A stretch of DNA of 64,000 nt from Candidatus Eiseniibacteriota bacterium (GTDB taxonomy: Bacteria > Eisenbacteria > RBG-16-71-46 > CAVPCR01), in assembly GCA_963702435.1 (NCBI GenBank), contig CAVPCR010000001.1, positions 544,001 to 608,000 on the forward strand, read 5' to 3'. Below, in pieces: positions 1-9,104 of this stretch; the stretch's first letter is position 1, and every line of letters starts with the position of its first letter. The position numbers and the translations under genes are program-made. The notes beneath the pieces were generated by a model. The model ran no database searches. It was given only the letters and a program-made list of their open reading frames with translations, and was not told the origin of the DNA.

Positions 1-502
1 GGTTGGTGAGACACTCCGAGAACCACGTCACCGAGTAGTAATAGGGGAACCCGTTGAAGGGACTGATGCCCAAGTAACGGCGGGTCATCGCCGAGTCGCC
101 CTCGGAGCCGGGCACCTCGATCTTCTGGTAGGCCACGACCGAATCCGGGTCGTCGAAGGCCCGGCAGGACCCGCCGGTGAACGGCCGGCAGGGCTCGTCG
201 CTCGGCGGATCGAAGGTCCACGCCACGGGATAGCGCCGCTCGAAGCGGCGGAGCAGCATGAAGCTGGCGGGGTCGGGCGAGTTGGATCGCCAGACGCTGT
301 ACCCGCCGAACAGGGTGTCGGCGAGCTCCGGCGCCTGGCTCCACTCGATCTCCACCCGGCGGTCCGCGCGCCGGGCTTCCGGCTGGGTCTGCGCGGCGAC
401 CTGGGTGCAGGTGGCGAGAACGGCGAGGGAGAGCGCGCAGAAGAGCGCAGCCGCGCGACGCGCCGGCCGCGCCGAGCTCCCGATTGCGGTGATCACGGTC
501 AT
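1..502 (-). CDS. Secreted hypothetical protein, partial (runs off window start)
   Basis: Not in ORF track. ATG at 502 with GGGGAGG RBS; signal-like N-terminus (AALFCALSLAVLA), then GYSVWRS...PFNGFPYYYSVTW; frame open to the window edge. Confidence 0.75.
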   Translation of the reverse strand, partial: MTVITAIGSSARPARRAAALFCALSLAVLATCTQVAAQTQPEARRADRRVEIEWSQAPELADTLFGGYSVWRSNSPDPASFMLLRRFERRYPVAWTFDPPSDEPCRPFTGGSCRAFDDPDSVVAYQKIEVPGSEGDSAMTRRYLGISPFNGFPYYYSVTWFSECLTN

Positions 503-521
503 CCTCCCCTTCGTCCTCTCC

Positions 522-2726
522 CTAGTTCGCAAGGAGCCAGCGGATGGAGGCCAGCATAATCCCGTCCACCTTGTCCGGCGGGAAGAAGTAGACCGGGAAG
601 CCGAACATCATGAGCCGGCCCTGCCCCGGTCCCGCGTAGCGGAAGGCGCAGGCCGCATCATCCAGATAGGACGCATTCGGCGGTCCGAGCTGGGCGCGGG
701 CGTTCGAGACATAGTAGTACAGGGTATCCAGCTGGCCGCCGAATTGGGCGAGCCGCGGATTGATGTCGAGGCCGAACGGCACCACCATGCCCTCGCAATC
801 GGGGATGCCGGAGTTCGCCGACGTGTACGGCGGCCGGAAAACGCCGACATGGGGATAGCCCTCGGCCACGGCCAGCGGATGCGCGTACAAGCTGTCGAGC
901 CCGTGCACGCGCTTGAGAGCCGTGTTGCGCCCAGACACGCGGAAGCACCCGTTCGCGCAGTCCGGCCCCAGGAACACCGATTCGATCTTCTCGAAGTCGT
1001 ATGGGGTGTCCCGCGGCACGAAGCCGAACAGCGAGAGCCCCACCGCCTCCCCCTGGTAGATCGTGCGGGAGAAGGCGCCGGTGCCCATGAGCAGGGTGGA
1101 TCCCCCCGACTCGAGGAACACGGCGAAGTAGTTATCCTCGCCCTCCTGGTGCATCCGGTAGAGTTGGGTGGTGCCTTCGGACCTCGTGTTCCAGATCACC
1201 GTCTTGTACCGGGCCAGGACCTCGAGGGTGACCGGCCCCGTGTAGACCCAGTAGCTGTAGGTGGTCGAGTCGATCTCGACCTGGGACCGGCTGGTGAGGA
1301 TGCCGGTTCGTGAATCCAGCGGCTCGTAGCGATCGACCACCCAGTCGGGGTGACCGAGCGCCACGAGCGCATCACCGATCCGATCCTGGATGTACTGGTC
1401 GTGACACTGATCGTGCGGGAAGTCGGAGCTCGGACTGATCTCGCCCGCCGGTGGCGGCGGCACGCAGTCGCTCGGCGCACTGCCGCGCACGTCCGGCCCG
1501 AAGTCGTCCACGTAGAGGATGTCGCGATCCCGACTGAGCGGCACGACCACGAGCGTGAGATCGGCGATGATCGTGGTCCCGACGTCGTCCCGCGCCCGGA
1601 CGTAGAACACGTGCTCCTCGGTCCGTCCGTCGGGCGGCAGGTCGAAGCGGAGAGTCGTCCGCGTGCTCGTCGCGCTCTCCGGGGACCAGCCGGGGTCGTT
1701 GCCGAAGGGATCGAGCAGATCGAGCCCATACGAGTAGCCCGTGATGCGGCCGCCGTAGCGGGAAGCGTCCGCCTCCCAGGTGAAGGTCACGTTCGAGCTG
1801 GCCGGAATCTGGAAGGTCTTCTTCCGATCGTCGGCCGTCGGGTAGCAAGTGGTCTTGACCGAGCTCGACACGCAGAGATCGGGCAGGCCGCCGGATTCGC
1901 GGGCACGGATGCGGAGGATGTTGGTCGGCCCCGGCGACTCCGACGTGCGGAGCCGCGGCTCTATCGCCCCGGCCTGGTCGAGCGCGCGCACGCCGAAGAG
2001 GTAGTCCTCGGGAACGAGCAGCGGACCGATCGGCGCGGAAGTGCGGGCCTCGAAAGGACTCCAGGGGTCGCCCGCCGAGGTGGGGTCGAAGAGCGTGGAC
2101 TCGACCTGCGCCGGCGTGAGGAGCACCACGTTCTGGACGCGGACCACCCGGTAGGAGTACGCCACCGGGTTCTCGGTGCCGTCGAGATCGGTCCCTGACC
2201 AGGTCACGGTGAACTGGGGCCCCAGCTCGACGATGACTGAAGTGGACGGGTTGGTGATCTGGGTCTCGGGGGCGATGGTTTCGGCGGTGAAGGAGAGCGC
2301 CACCGGGGGGGAGACGGCGTCGTCGTCGTCGATGGCCTTCAGGAAGAAGGTGTGCGCGTCGCGGTAACGATAGCGCTCGAAGGGAACGTCGGAGATGCCG
2401 ACGTAGAAGGAGTCGACTCCGGCCGAATCGGTGGCCGTGAAGAGGAGCGTGAGCTCGTACGAGGTGGTCGTGAACCAGGCGTCCGGGCTCAGCGTGTCGT
2501 CGATGGCATAGATGAAGCGCTCGACCTGCCCGTCCACGTCCGAGGCATTCCAGTTGAACGTCACGATGAAGATGTTCACCGAGTCGCGGATCGGCCCGGC
2601 CGAGATGGCCACGGCCGGCCGCTGGTTCGGTATGGGCACGTCGGTCGGGGACTCTGCGCAGGACCCGATGAGCCAGGCCGCGAGGACCGCCGCCACGAGC
2701 CCGAGGAGCGTGAGGTGCGCGCGCAT
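522..2726 (-). CDS. Large lipoprotein with Ig/FnIII-like beta modules and a C-terminal alpha/beta domain
   Basis: Lipobox LIGSC; recurring APETQI, F.(L/V)(K/R)A.D and W...D.DG motifs; 734 aa. Confidence 0.75.
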   Translation of the reverse strand: MRAHLTLLGLVAAVLAAWLIGSCAESPTDVPIPNQRPAVAISAGPIRDSVNIFIVTFNWNASDVDGQVERFIYAIDDTLSPDAWFTTTSYELTLLFTATDSAGVDSFYVGISDVPFERYRYRDAHTFFLKAIDDDDAVSPPVALSFTAETIAPETQITNPSTSVIVELGPQFTVTWSGTDLDGTENPVAYSYRVVRVQNVVLLTPAQVESTLFDPTSAGDPWSPFEARTSAPIGPLLVPEDYLFGVRALDQAGAIEPRLRTSESPGPTNILRIRARESGGLPDLCVSSSVKTTCYPTADDRKKTFQIPASSNVTFTWEADASRYGGRITGYSYGLDLLDPFGNDPGWSPESATSTRTTLRFDLPPDGRTEEHVFYVRARDDVGTTIIADLTLVVVPLSRDRDILYVDDFGPDVRGSAPSDCVPPPPAGEISPSSDFPHDQCHDQYIQDRIGDALVALGHPDWVVDRYEPLDSRTGILTSRSQVEIDSTTYSYWVYTGPVTLEVLARYKTVIWNTRSEGTTQLYRMHQEGEDNYFAVFLESGGSTLLMGTGAFSRTIYQGEAVGLSLFGFVPRDTPYDFEKIESVFLGPDCANGCFRVSGRNTALKRVHGLDSLYAHPLAVAEGYPHVGVFRPPYTSANSGIPDCEGMVVPFGLDINPRLAQFGGQLDTLYYYVSNARAQLGPPNASYLDDAACAFRYAGPGQGRLMMFGFPVYFFPPDKVDGIMLASIRWLLAN

Positions 2727-2758
2727 CTTGAGCTCTTTCCTCTAGGGAATTCCGGAGC

Positions 2759-4231
2759 CTACTCCAAGACCGTGAAGGACACGGTGAGCGAATCGGATCG
2801 CCGGCCCGGATCGGCGACCGTGTACAGGATCGCGTTCTGGCCGGCAGGCGGGAAGTCGAACTCGTACACGAGCTCGCTTTCGCCGTTGACGGGGCCGACG
2901 ACGAGGCCGTACCGGCCGTTCAGCACCGCCCGGTACGACATGGCGGCGGGCGGGGACTCGATGTCGTCAGCGGCGAAGCGCACGACCAGCTTCCCGTCCG
3001 GTGTTGCGATCGACGAGTCGATGACGGCGCCCGAGCCGGGGAAGAGCGCCGACTGACGCAAGCGCGGAGTGAAGTTGACCTTGAACTTGAAGCCGGCCGG
3101 CGTCCCATCCGACTTCCCTTCCCTGTCGTGGCTGCGCGCGAACACCTCGTAGTCGTTTGAGGTGAAGTAGGCCGCCAGGGTGTCCGGATTGCTGGGCGGC
3201 GCGATGGGCAGGCTGATGAAGTCCGCGGCGAAGGGCACCGAGAAGGGGCCGAAGCGGGAAGAGCAGCGCACGATGTCGGTACGCACGATGCGGTAGGAGA
3301 ATCCCGTCACCTCGCCGTCCGCGTCGTTGCCCTCGAAGAAGAAGATGACCCGGCTCGAGTCCCGGATGGTCGGGACCTCCTCCGGCCAGTCGCAGGGCTC
3401 CCACGCCCCCTGCCCGGCCGTGAAATCGAGCTGCGCGCCGTCCACGACCACGCTCGTGAAGCGGCTGTCCGGCTCGTAGTTGACGACCCAGGACCAGACG
3501 GCCGGATCGAGGGACTCGGCGCCGGCGTTATCCACCGCCTCGACCAGGAACTCGTAGAAACCGCTCGGCAGATTGGAATAGGTGGCGCTGGTCGAATCGG
3601 CCGGGATCTCGCTGAAGTTGTTCTCAGTCGAAAGCTTGATGCGATAGGCGCTGATCGAACCGCCGAGATCGGCATCGGTCGCCGACCACTGGATGCGCAC
3701 GCTCGAGCCGGCGGTCGGCATGGTGTCGTTGAGCGCGAGTGACGTGGTCTCGCCGTTCACGGTCTTGGTCGCGTCCGCGATGTAGGGCAGCGGGCGGCTG
3801 CTGTCCACCGCATTGAAGTACTTGCGGTCCGGCGTCGGGTCCCGCTCGCCCTCGTTATCGACGGCGAACACCCACACCGCGTGGGAGAGGACGACCTCGT
3901 TGTTGGCGATGAACTCGATGATCGAGTCGGTGCGCGTGGTCCGGCGGTAATCGCGGAGCACCGGGACGATGTTCGAGTCGGTGACGGCGATCCCGTATTC
4001 GACCACTTCGCCGTCGGGATCGAACCCCGACCAGAAGACGTGGATGCGGTGATACGCGTTGGCGCTGTCGAGCGGTGCTCCCGAGATGTTGGTCTCCGGC
4101 GCCTGGTTGGGCACGACGCGCGTCTGCTCCGGCTCGGGCGTGCAGGCCAGATGCAGGCCGACGAGGAGGAAGGCGAAAAGCGCCCACAACGAGAGCGCTT
4201 GCTTCATCGTCTGAGATGTGGGGCTGGTCAC
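2759..4231 (-). CDS. Lipoprotein with repeated Ig-like modules
   Basis: Lipobox LHLAC; NQAPETNI, WSGFDPDG, V.AVDN.G..D.TP motifs shared with the neighbouring lipoprotein. Confidence 0.75.
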   Translation of the reverse strand: MTSPTSQTMKQALSLWALFAFLLVGLHLACTPEPEQTRVVPNQAPETNISGAPLDSANAYHRIHVFWSGFDPDGEVVEYGIAVTDSNIVPVLRDYRRTTRTDSIIEFIANNEVVLSHAVWVFAVDNEGERDPTPDRKYFNAVDSSRPLPYIADATKTVNGETTSLALNDTMPTAGSSVRIQWSATDADLGGSISAYRIKLSTENNFSEIPADSTSATYSNLPSGFYEFLVEAVDNAGAESLDPAVWSWVVNYEPDSRFTSVVVDGAQLDFTAGQGAWEPCDWPEEVPTIRDSSRVIFFFEGNDADGEVTGFSYRIVRTDIVRCSSRFGPFSVPFAADFISLPIAPPSNPDTLAAYFTSNDYEVFARSHDREGKSDGTPAGFKFKVNFTPRLRQSALFPGSGAVIDSSIATPDGKLVVRFAADDIESPPAAMSYRAVLNGRYGLVVGPVNGESELVYEFDFPPAGQNAILYTVADPGRRSDSLTVSFTVLE

Positions 4232-4377
4232 TTCTGCTCGAATCCCTTCGCTCGAGGCGTGCGGCGAAGCCTGACCTCAAGAGCACCTCGGGTCCTTCGC
4301 GAGAACGCGCGCCCGAGGCTGGCTGAAAGCCGTGGGGATCAGCTTCCGGCGGGAATGGCCGCGTAAAAGGCCGCGGG

Positions 4378-4406
4378 ACGGTAACAAGCCGTCATCCGGC
4401 TGTCAA
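4378..4406 (-). promoter_or_regulatory. Sigma70-like promoter for the lipoprotein operon
   Basis: Minus strand TTGACA-17 nt-TACCGT with extended -10 TG. Confidence 0.55.
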
Positions 4407-4637
4407 TGATCACGGTCGCCGGCCACCCCTTTGTGTAGCTGCCCATGACACACCCTCACCGCCCGGCCGCGGCCGGCTGTCGATAGGAGTTAACGGAACG
4501 GACCCGCCGGGTTCCGGCCGCTCCGCGCCGGGCCGGGGGAAGGCGCGAGGACACCCGCGCTCCGAGCCGGGGACCGCGGGGGAGAGCCGGCCGCGGATGG
4601 GGGCCGGACGCCGGGAAGGGGCCCGGATGCGCAACGG

Positions 4638-4682
4638 AGAAGAAGCGACGGGCCGGGAGCCCCGCGAGGGACTCCCGGCCCG
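4638..4682 (-). terminator. Probable intrinsic terminator of the 1168-aa gene
   Basis: Inverted repeat CGGGCCGGGAG...CTCCCGGCCCG followed on the minus strand by a pyrimidine-rich tail, 35 nt after the stop. Confidence 0.6.
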
Positions 4683-4716
4683 CCTTTCGGTCCTTCCGTC
4701 GTCGGGAAGCCGGACC

Positions 4717-7700
4717 CTACTTGAGGATCACGAGCTTCTTCGACGAGGTGAAGCCGGGCGCGTCGATCTGGTAGAAGAAGACGCCCGAGCCGACATGCTG
4801 GCCACCGTCGTTCAGGCCGTTCCAGACGGCTTCGAACGGCGAGGTCGCCGGCTCCTGGACCTCATCCACCAGGCTCCGCACCAGACGCCCGCTGACGTCG
4901 AAGATCTTGAGCGACACGTGCCCCTTCTGGGCGATCGTGTAGCGGATCGTCGCCGACGGGTTGGCCGGGTTCGGCTGCGCCTGATAGAGCTCGTTCACGA
5001 ACCGTGGCGCCTCGGCCGGATCCACACCGATGACCGTGGTGTTGATCGGGCATCCGGCCCACGTGAAGAGGTCGATCACGAGCTCGGCATTCTCCCCGTT
5101 GATCTTGTAGTCGTCGAACAGGCACTGATCCGTGCAGTTCAACGGATAGAGCTCCGCGAACGCGAAGGCCATCGACGCCGAGTGCTGGCACGTCGCCGTG
5201 GTGTTACGGCGGCGAACCACGTTCAGCCACGCCGGCCGATCGATGTCGTCCGCGCAGTTGACCGGATCATCGCCGTCCTCGAGCGACTCGACGAAGTGCG
5301 TCACCGCCTCGCCGCCCGAGACCGTCGCGTACACGTCGACGTTGATGTCGTCCGAGCACCCGGTGCCGAGGATCTCGGCATCGTCGAACCGATCTGCCGG
5401 GCGGCTGGTCGTGATGCGAGCGCAGCGCCGGAGATCGTTCGCCGCCAGGTTCTGGGCATAGTCATTGCTCAGCACGTCCACGCCGCGGTTCGAGAGGAAC
5501 TGCGGGCCGTTGGTCGTGTTGACGTCGATGAACGACGCCCAGCTCGAACCCTCGAGGACGAGGAGACGGTTGTTCCCGGCCGTGCACCCGCCGATCCAGG
5601 TCTCGAGCTTCTGCTGGTCGATCGACGACTGCCCGCCGAAGAGGGACAGCGTGCGCCGGTCGCTGAGCATGACGCCCGAGTCGAGGAGACCGCCGGTGTA
5701 CCAGATGCAGTCGTACCCGTTCAGCATCTGATCAGTGGCGCCGTTCGAGGGCGGACGCGGCTGCTGAGTCGGCCGGTCCTCACGGCGTCCGATCGTGTCG
5801 TAGCTCGTGGTGTAGTTGGTGCTGACTGCGTCGTAGGTGTCGAACTCGAGCCCGAGAGCCCCGAGGGTCGCGTTGAGACGCGCCTTCTGGATCGTGGCCC
5901 GGCCCGGCACGCCGCCGGTCGCGTAGTCGTTGACGATCAGCATGCTGTTGGCGTAGGTGCCGTCGCACGCCGGCGTCAGCTCGGGAAGGTTGTTGATCTG
6001 GAGCCAGTAGTCCTTCCAGTTCGCGGACGTCCTGACGAAGCTCCGGTTCTTGCCGAAGGGGAACGTGGCGAGGACGTTGCCGGCACCGCCACCCGAGGCC
6101 GTGCGCGCCTCGAAGAAGTAGTAGACGTTCGTCCCGGCCGTGAATAGCCCGTCCGGAAGGATGTCGTCGCACGGCTCGACCGCCGGCGGCGCGCCCGTCC
6201 AGAACGTGCCGTTACGCGGATCGAGCTCGTGGAAGCAGGTCATCCAGACGCCGTCCTGAGTCGAGCCGTTGGTGAGCGACTGGGCCGTATCCATCCGCGC
6301 AGCATGCCACGTCAGGTTGTTCGGGTAGGTCCCCGAAGCCGTCGGCGGGAACGCGACGAAGAACGGATGCGTCAGGTTCGGCTGGCACGCGCCACGCTCG
6401 ACCGCCCACCGCAGGAAGACCGCGGTGTTCGGAGCGGCGATGGCCGTGGCCGCCGTGTCGGCGCGCACCCAGCGCAGCGGGTTCTCGACACCGAGCTGCA
6501 TGGCCAGGCTGTACGACGCGTCGGTGCGGTTGGTCGCGGTCAACGGGAAGCCCGTGTTGGTGGTCGGGAAGTTGTCCGCGAACCGATCGAGCGTGTTCGA
6601 CAGCATGGCGAGGCCGGCCGGGTCGTAGACACCGAAGCGCACGTTGTCGAAGAACGGCGCGCCGTTGTCGTTGATGTCGCAGGTGGCATCGGACCGGCAC
6701 TGCGAGAGAGCGCCGAGCATGACGATCACCGAGTCGGCATCGGCCGGCAGGAACGCCGAGCAGTCGAAGAACACGTCCTTCGCGCAGGTGGTGTTGGTAC
6801 CCTGCGAGAAGAGCTGTGCATGCTCTTCCTGCTCCGTCGTCCAGTTGAAGACGGTGCCGAAGCCCGGCTCGCCGGAGGACGGCGTGTACGGGCAGTTGAA
6901 GGCATTGAAGGGCCAGTAGAACCACGCGAACTGCGGACCGGTCTCGAAGAGGCCGGAGCCGCCGTCCAGGTACCAGTCGACCTTGAACAAACGCCCGGCG
7001 TCGCCGTCCAGATCCGGCAGCGAAGGACCGCCGATCGCGAACGCAGGCGAGCGCATGTGGCTGCTCTGGAACGCGTCGTTCATGTCCAGGTCGTCCTTGT
7101 CCGCGAAGAGCATGATCCGGTTCTCGAGACCGTTCGTCTCGGGACACTCGCAGACGAGCGGCGCCGACAGATTGGCGACCCGCTCGAGACGCCCCGCCGG
7201 CCGGTTGGGATCGGTCGTGATGTCGAAGTCGAAGCCCTCGTAGGCCTTCGGCTGCCAGCCATCCCAACCCGACTCGAACGTCGAGAGCGCGCCGTCCGGC
7301 ACGTTGTTCTTGAGCAGCTGGATGTTGTCCACCTGCCATGCCCACATGTAGTTGCCGCCCACGTTGTCGTCGGCGACGAGAGCATCCGAGGCCAGGCGGA
7401 ACCGGACATACAGCGTGCCCGCATTGTTCGAGGGCCAGGTGATCAGGTTCGCGACGTCGGCGCCGCCCGCCGGGGACGGCTGCGGATCGGGGAAGCTGCC
7501 GCCCGAATACATGCCGTTCGCATTCGAGGCGTTACCAACCTGGTCCCAGAAGATCCCGTCGAAGGAGATCTCGACCCAGCAGCTATCCCAGCCGGCCTCG
7601 GTCGCATACCGGTGGGTGAAGCTGATGTCGTACACGGCGCCCAGGTTCCCGGCCGCGACCGGGAAGGCCTTCTGGAAGCCCTGCGACCAGCCGGAACCGT

Positions 7701-8223
7701 AGCCGCGAGTCTGCGTCCAGCCGCAGTGCTCGGGATTCAGTCGGAGATTGCTCGCGATCCACATGGACCAGCCGCCGATCAGCGGGTTGGGGCCGTCGTC
7801 CTCGCCGTCGTTGGCGTGGGTCGTGGCCCGGTGCGCCATACCGCCGGTGTCGTCATTGAAGTTGTAGACGCCTGCGGTGCTCCAGTGACCGCCGGTGTTC
7901 TGGGACGGACCCCGGCGAGCCGTGCGGTCATCGAAGATCCATCCATCCCGGTACTGATTGCCGACCGGGTCGCCGTCCACGAAGAACTGCGCAGGCTCGC
8001 CCGAGGCGGCCTCCCAGTTCCAGGTGCCGCCGATCACGATGGTCCCGTTTCCGGTGCCGCTACCACCGAACCAGGTGGTGTCGGCAATGTCGCCCACGTG
8101 ACCATCGGGCTGAGTCAGAAACTCCGAGTCATTCGAATAGCTCATGAGCTTCTGGTTCATGGCGGATGTGGAGGCGACGCAGACGGTCAGCAATGCCGCC
8201 GTCAGCACAAGTACATTCCTCAT
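4717..8223 (-). CDS. Large secreted Cys-rich protein with C-terminal FlgD Ig-like sorting domain
   Basis: Signal peptide; C-terminus PNPANPSATIRY...IFDVSGRLVRSL...WNGLNDGG...SGVFFY; GGAGG RBS. Confidence 0.85.
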   Translation of the reverse strand: MRNVLVLTAALLTVCVASTSAMNQKLMSYSNDSEFLTQPDGHVGDIADTTWFGGSGTGNGTIVIGGTWNWEAASGEPAQFFVDGDPVGNQYRDGWIFDDRTARRGPSQNTGGHWSTAGVYNFNDDTGGMAHRATTHANDGEDDGPNPLIGGWSMWIASNLRLNPEHCGWTQTRGYGSGWSQGFQKAFPVAAGNLGAVYDISFTHRYATEAGWDSCWVEISFDGIFWDQVGNASNANGMYSGGSFPDPQPSPAGGADVANLITWPSNNAGTLYVRFRLASDALVADDNVGGNYMWAWQVDNIQLLKNNVPDGALSTFESGWDGWQPKAYEGFDFDITTDPNRPAGRLERVANLSAPLVCECPETNGLENRIMLFADKDDLDMNDAFQSSHMRSPAFAIGGPSLPDLDGDAGRLFKVDWYLDGGSGLFETGPQFAWFYWPFNAFNCPYTPSSGEPGFGTVFNWTTEQEEHAQLFSQGTNTTCAKDVFFDCSAFLPADADSVIVMLGALSQCRSDATCDINDNGAPFFDNVRFGVYDPAGLAMLSNTLDRFADNFPTTNTGFPLTATNRTDASYSLAMQLGVENPLRWVRADTAATAIAAPNTAVFLRWAVERGACQPNLTHPFFVAFPPTASGTYPNNLTWHAARMDTAQSLTNGSTQDGVWMTCFHELDPRNGTFWTGAPPAVEPCDDILPDGLFTAGTNVYYFFEARTASGGGAGNVLATFPFGKNRSFVRTSANWKDYWLQINNLPELTPACDGTYANSMLIVNDYATGGVPGRATIQKARLNATLGALGLEFDTYDAVSTNYTTSYDTIGRREDRPTQQPRPPSNGATDQMLNGYDCIWYTGGLLDSGVMLSDRRTLSLFGGQSSIDQQKLETWIGGCTAGNNRLLVLEGSSWASFIDVNTTNGPQFLSNRGVDVLSNDYAQNLAANDLRRCARITTSRPADRFDDAEILGTGCSDDINVDVYATVSGGEAVTHFVESLEDGDDPVNCADDIDRPAWLNVVRRRNTTATCQHSASMAFAFAELYPLNCTDQCLFDDYKINGENAELVIDLFTWAGCPINTTVIGVDPAEAPRFVNELYQAQPNPANPSATIRYTIAQKGHVSLKIFDVSGRLVRSLVDEVQEPATSPFEAVWNGLNDGGQHVGSGVFFYQIDAPGFTSSKKLVILK

Positions 8224-8815
8224 CGTTGGTCCTCCATCGTCGATGAGCCACTCCCGCCGCCTCTCTGGCAGCCGGAGTTAGTCCAAGCTGGTGGCCCAGC
8301 CTCCCTCCAGGGAAGAGGTCCCGGAGCCGGGCGGGGCCGCTCGCGCGACCTGCTGTTTGCTCTTTTTTGGCGTCAGAGCTTCCGATAACCGGTCACGAAA
8401 GCGCTCTCGTCGAGATCATTCCTCCACGAGGGGCCCGATTCCCTGGCCCGGCGAACCAGGTCCGAGAAACGAACGCCCGGTAGATCCACTGCGACTGCCG
8501 AGAACCTCGGTGCGGGCCACAAATCAGTGCGCAATCGGCTGCGTTCCCTCAGCATCCATTCCGGCGACCGGGGCCGTCCGCCGATCCGGGAGAAACCCGG
8601 TACGGGCGGGGTTCGTACCACCAGCAAGGAGGGGAGCCAGGATCGCGCTCTCTCCTCCCTGAGTCGGTGCTGGCCCGGGCCTCCGGAAGCGGTGCTCAAC
8701 GAAGCAGCTCTAGACCACGATCAAGTCACGTGGCGCGGATCTCTCTGGAGTGGGGACGGCTTGAGAGACCGCGGACTGGATATGGGCTTGACCTGGGTCT
8801 GAACCCGCATGTGGA

Positions 8816-8845
8816 AATATAGCACAGCCCGGGACGGAGTGTCAA
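8816..8845 (-). promoter_or_regulatory. Sigma70-like promoter ~590 nt upstream of the 1168-aa gene
   Basis: Minus strand TTGACA-18 nt-TATATT with extended -10 TG. Confidence 0.6.
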
Positions 8846-9104
8846 TGCGCCCTCTTCGCAGGGAGTTAGCGCCGCGGGACGATGCTCGGCCGAACCCATC
8901 CGGGCGCGGTGCCCTCCGGTGAACCTGGTCGGCCGCCCGCCGGCTTTGACGATCTGGAGCGTAGTCTGCTAGCGTGGCCGAGCCTCGGACGCTCGACGGG
9001 ACACCATCGGCGACGGGTCGCTCGCTGGTCGGACCCGAGAGGCGGGGCACGGCGACCTGCCGTCCAGACAAAAACCCGGAAACAGCCAGAGCCCTTCCAT
9101 AACA

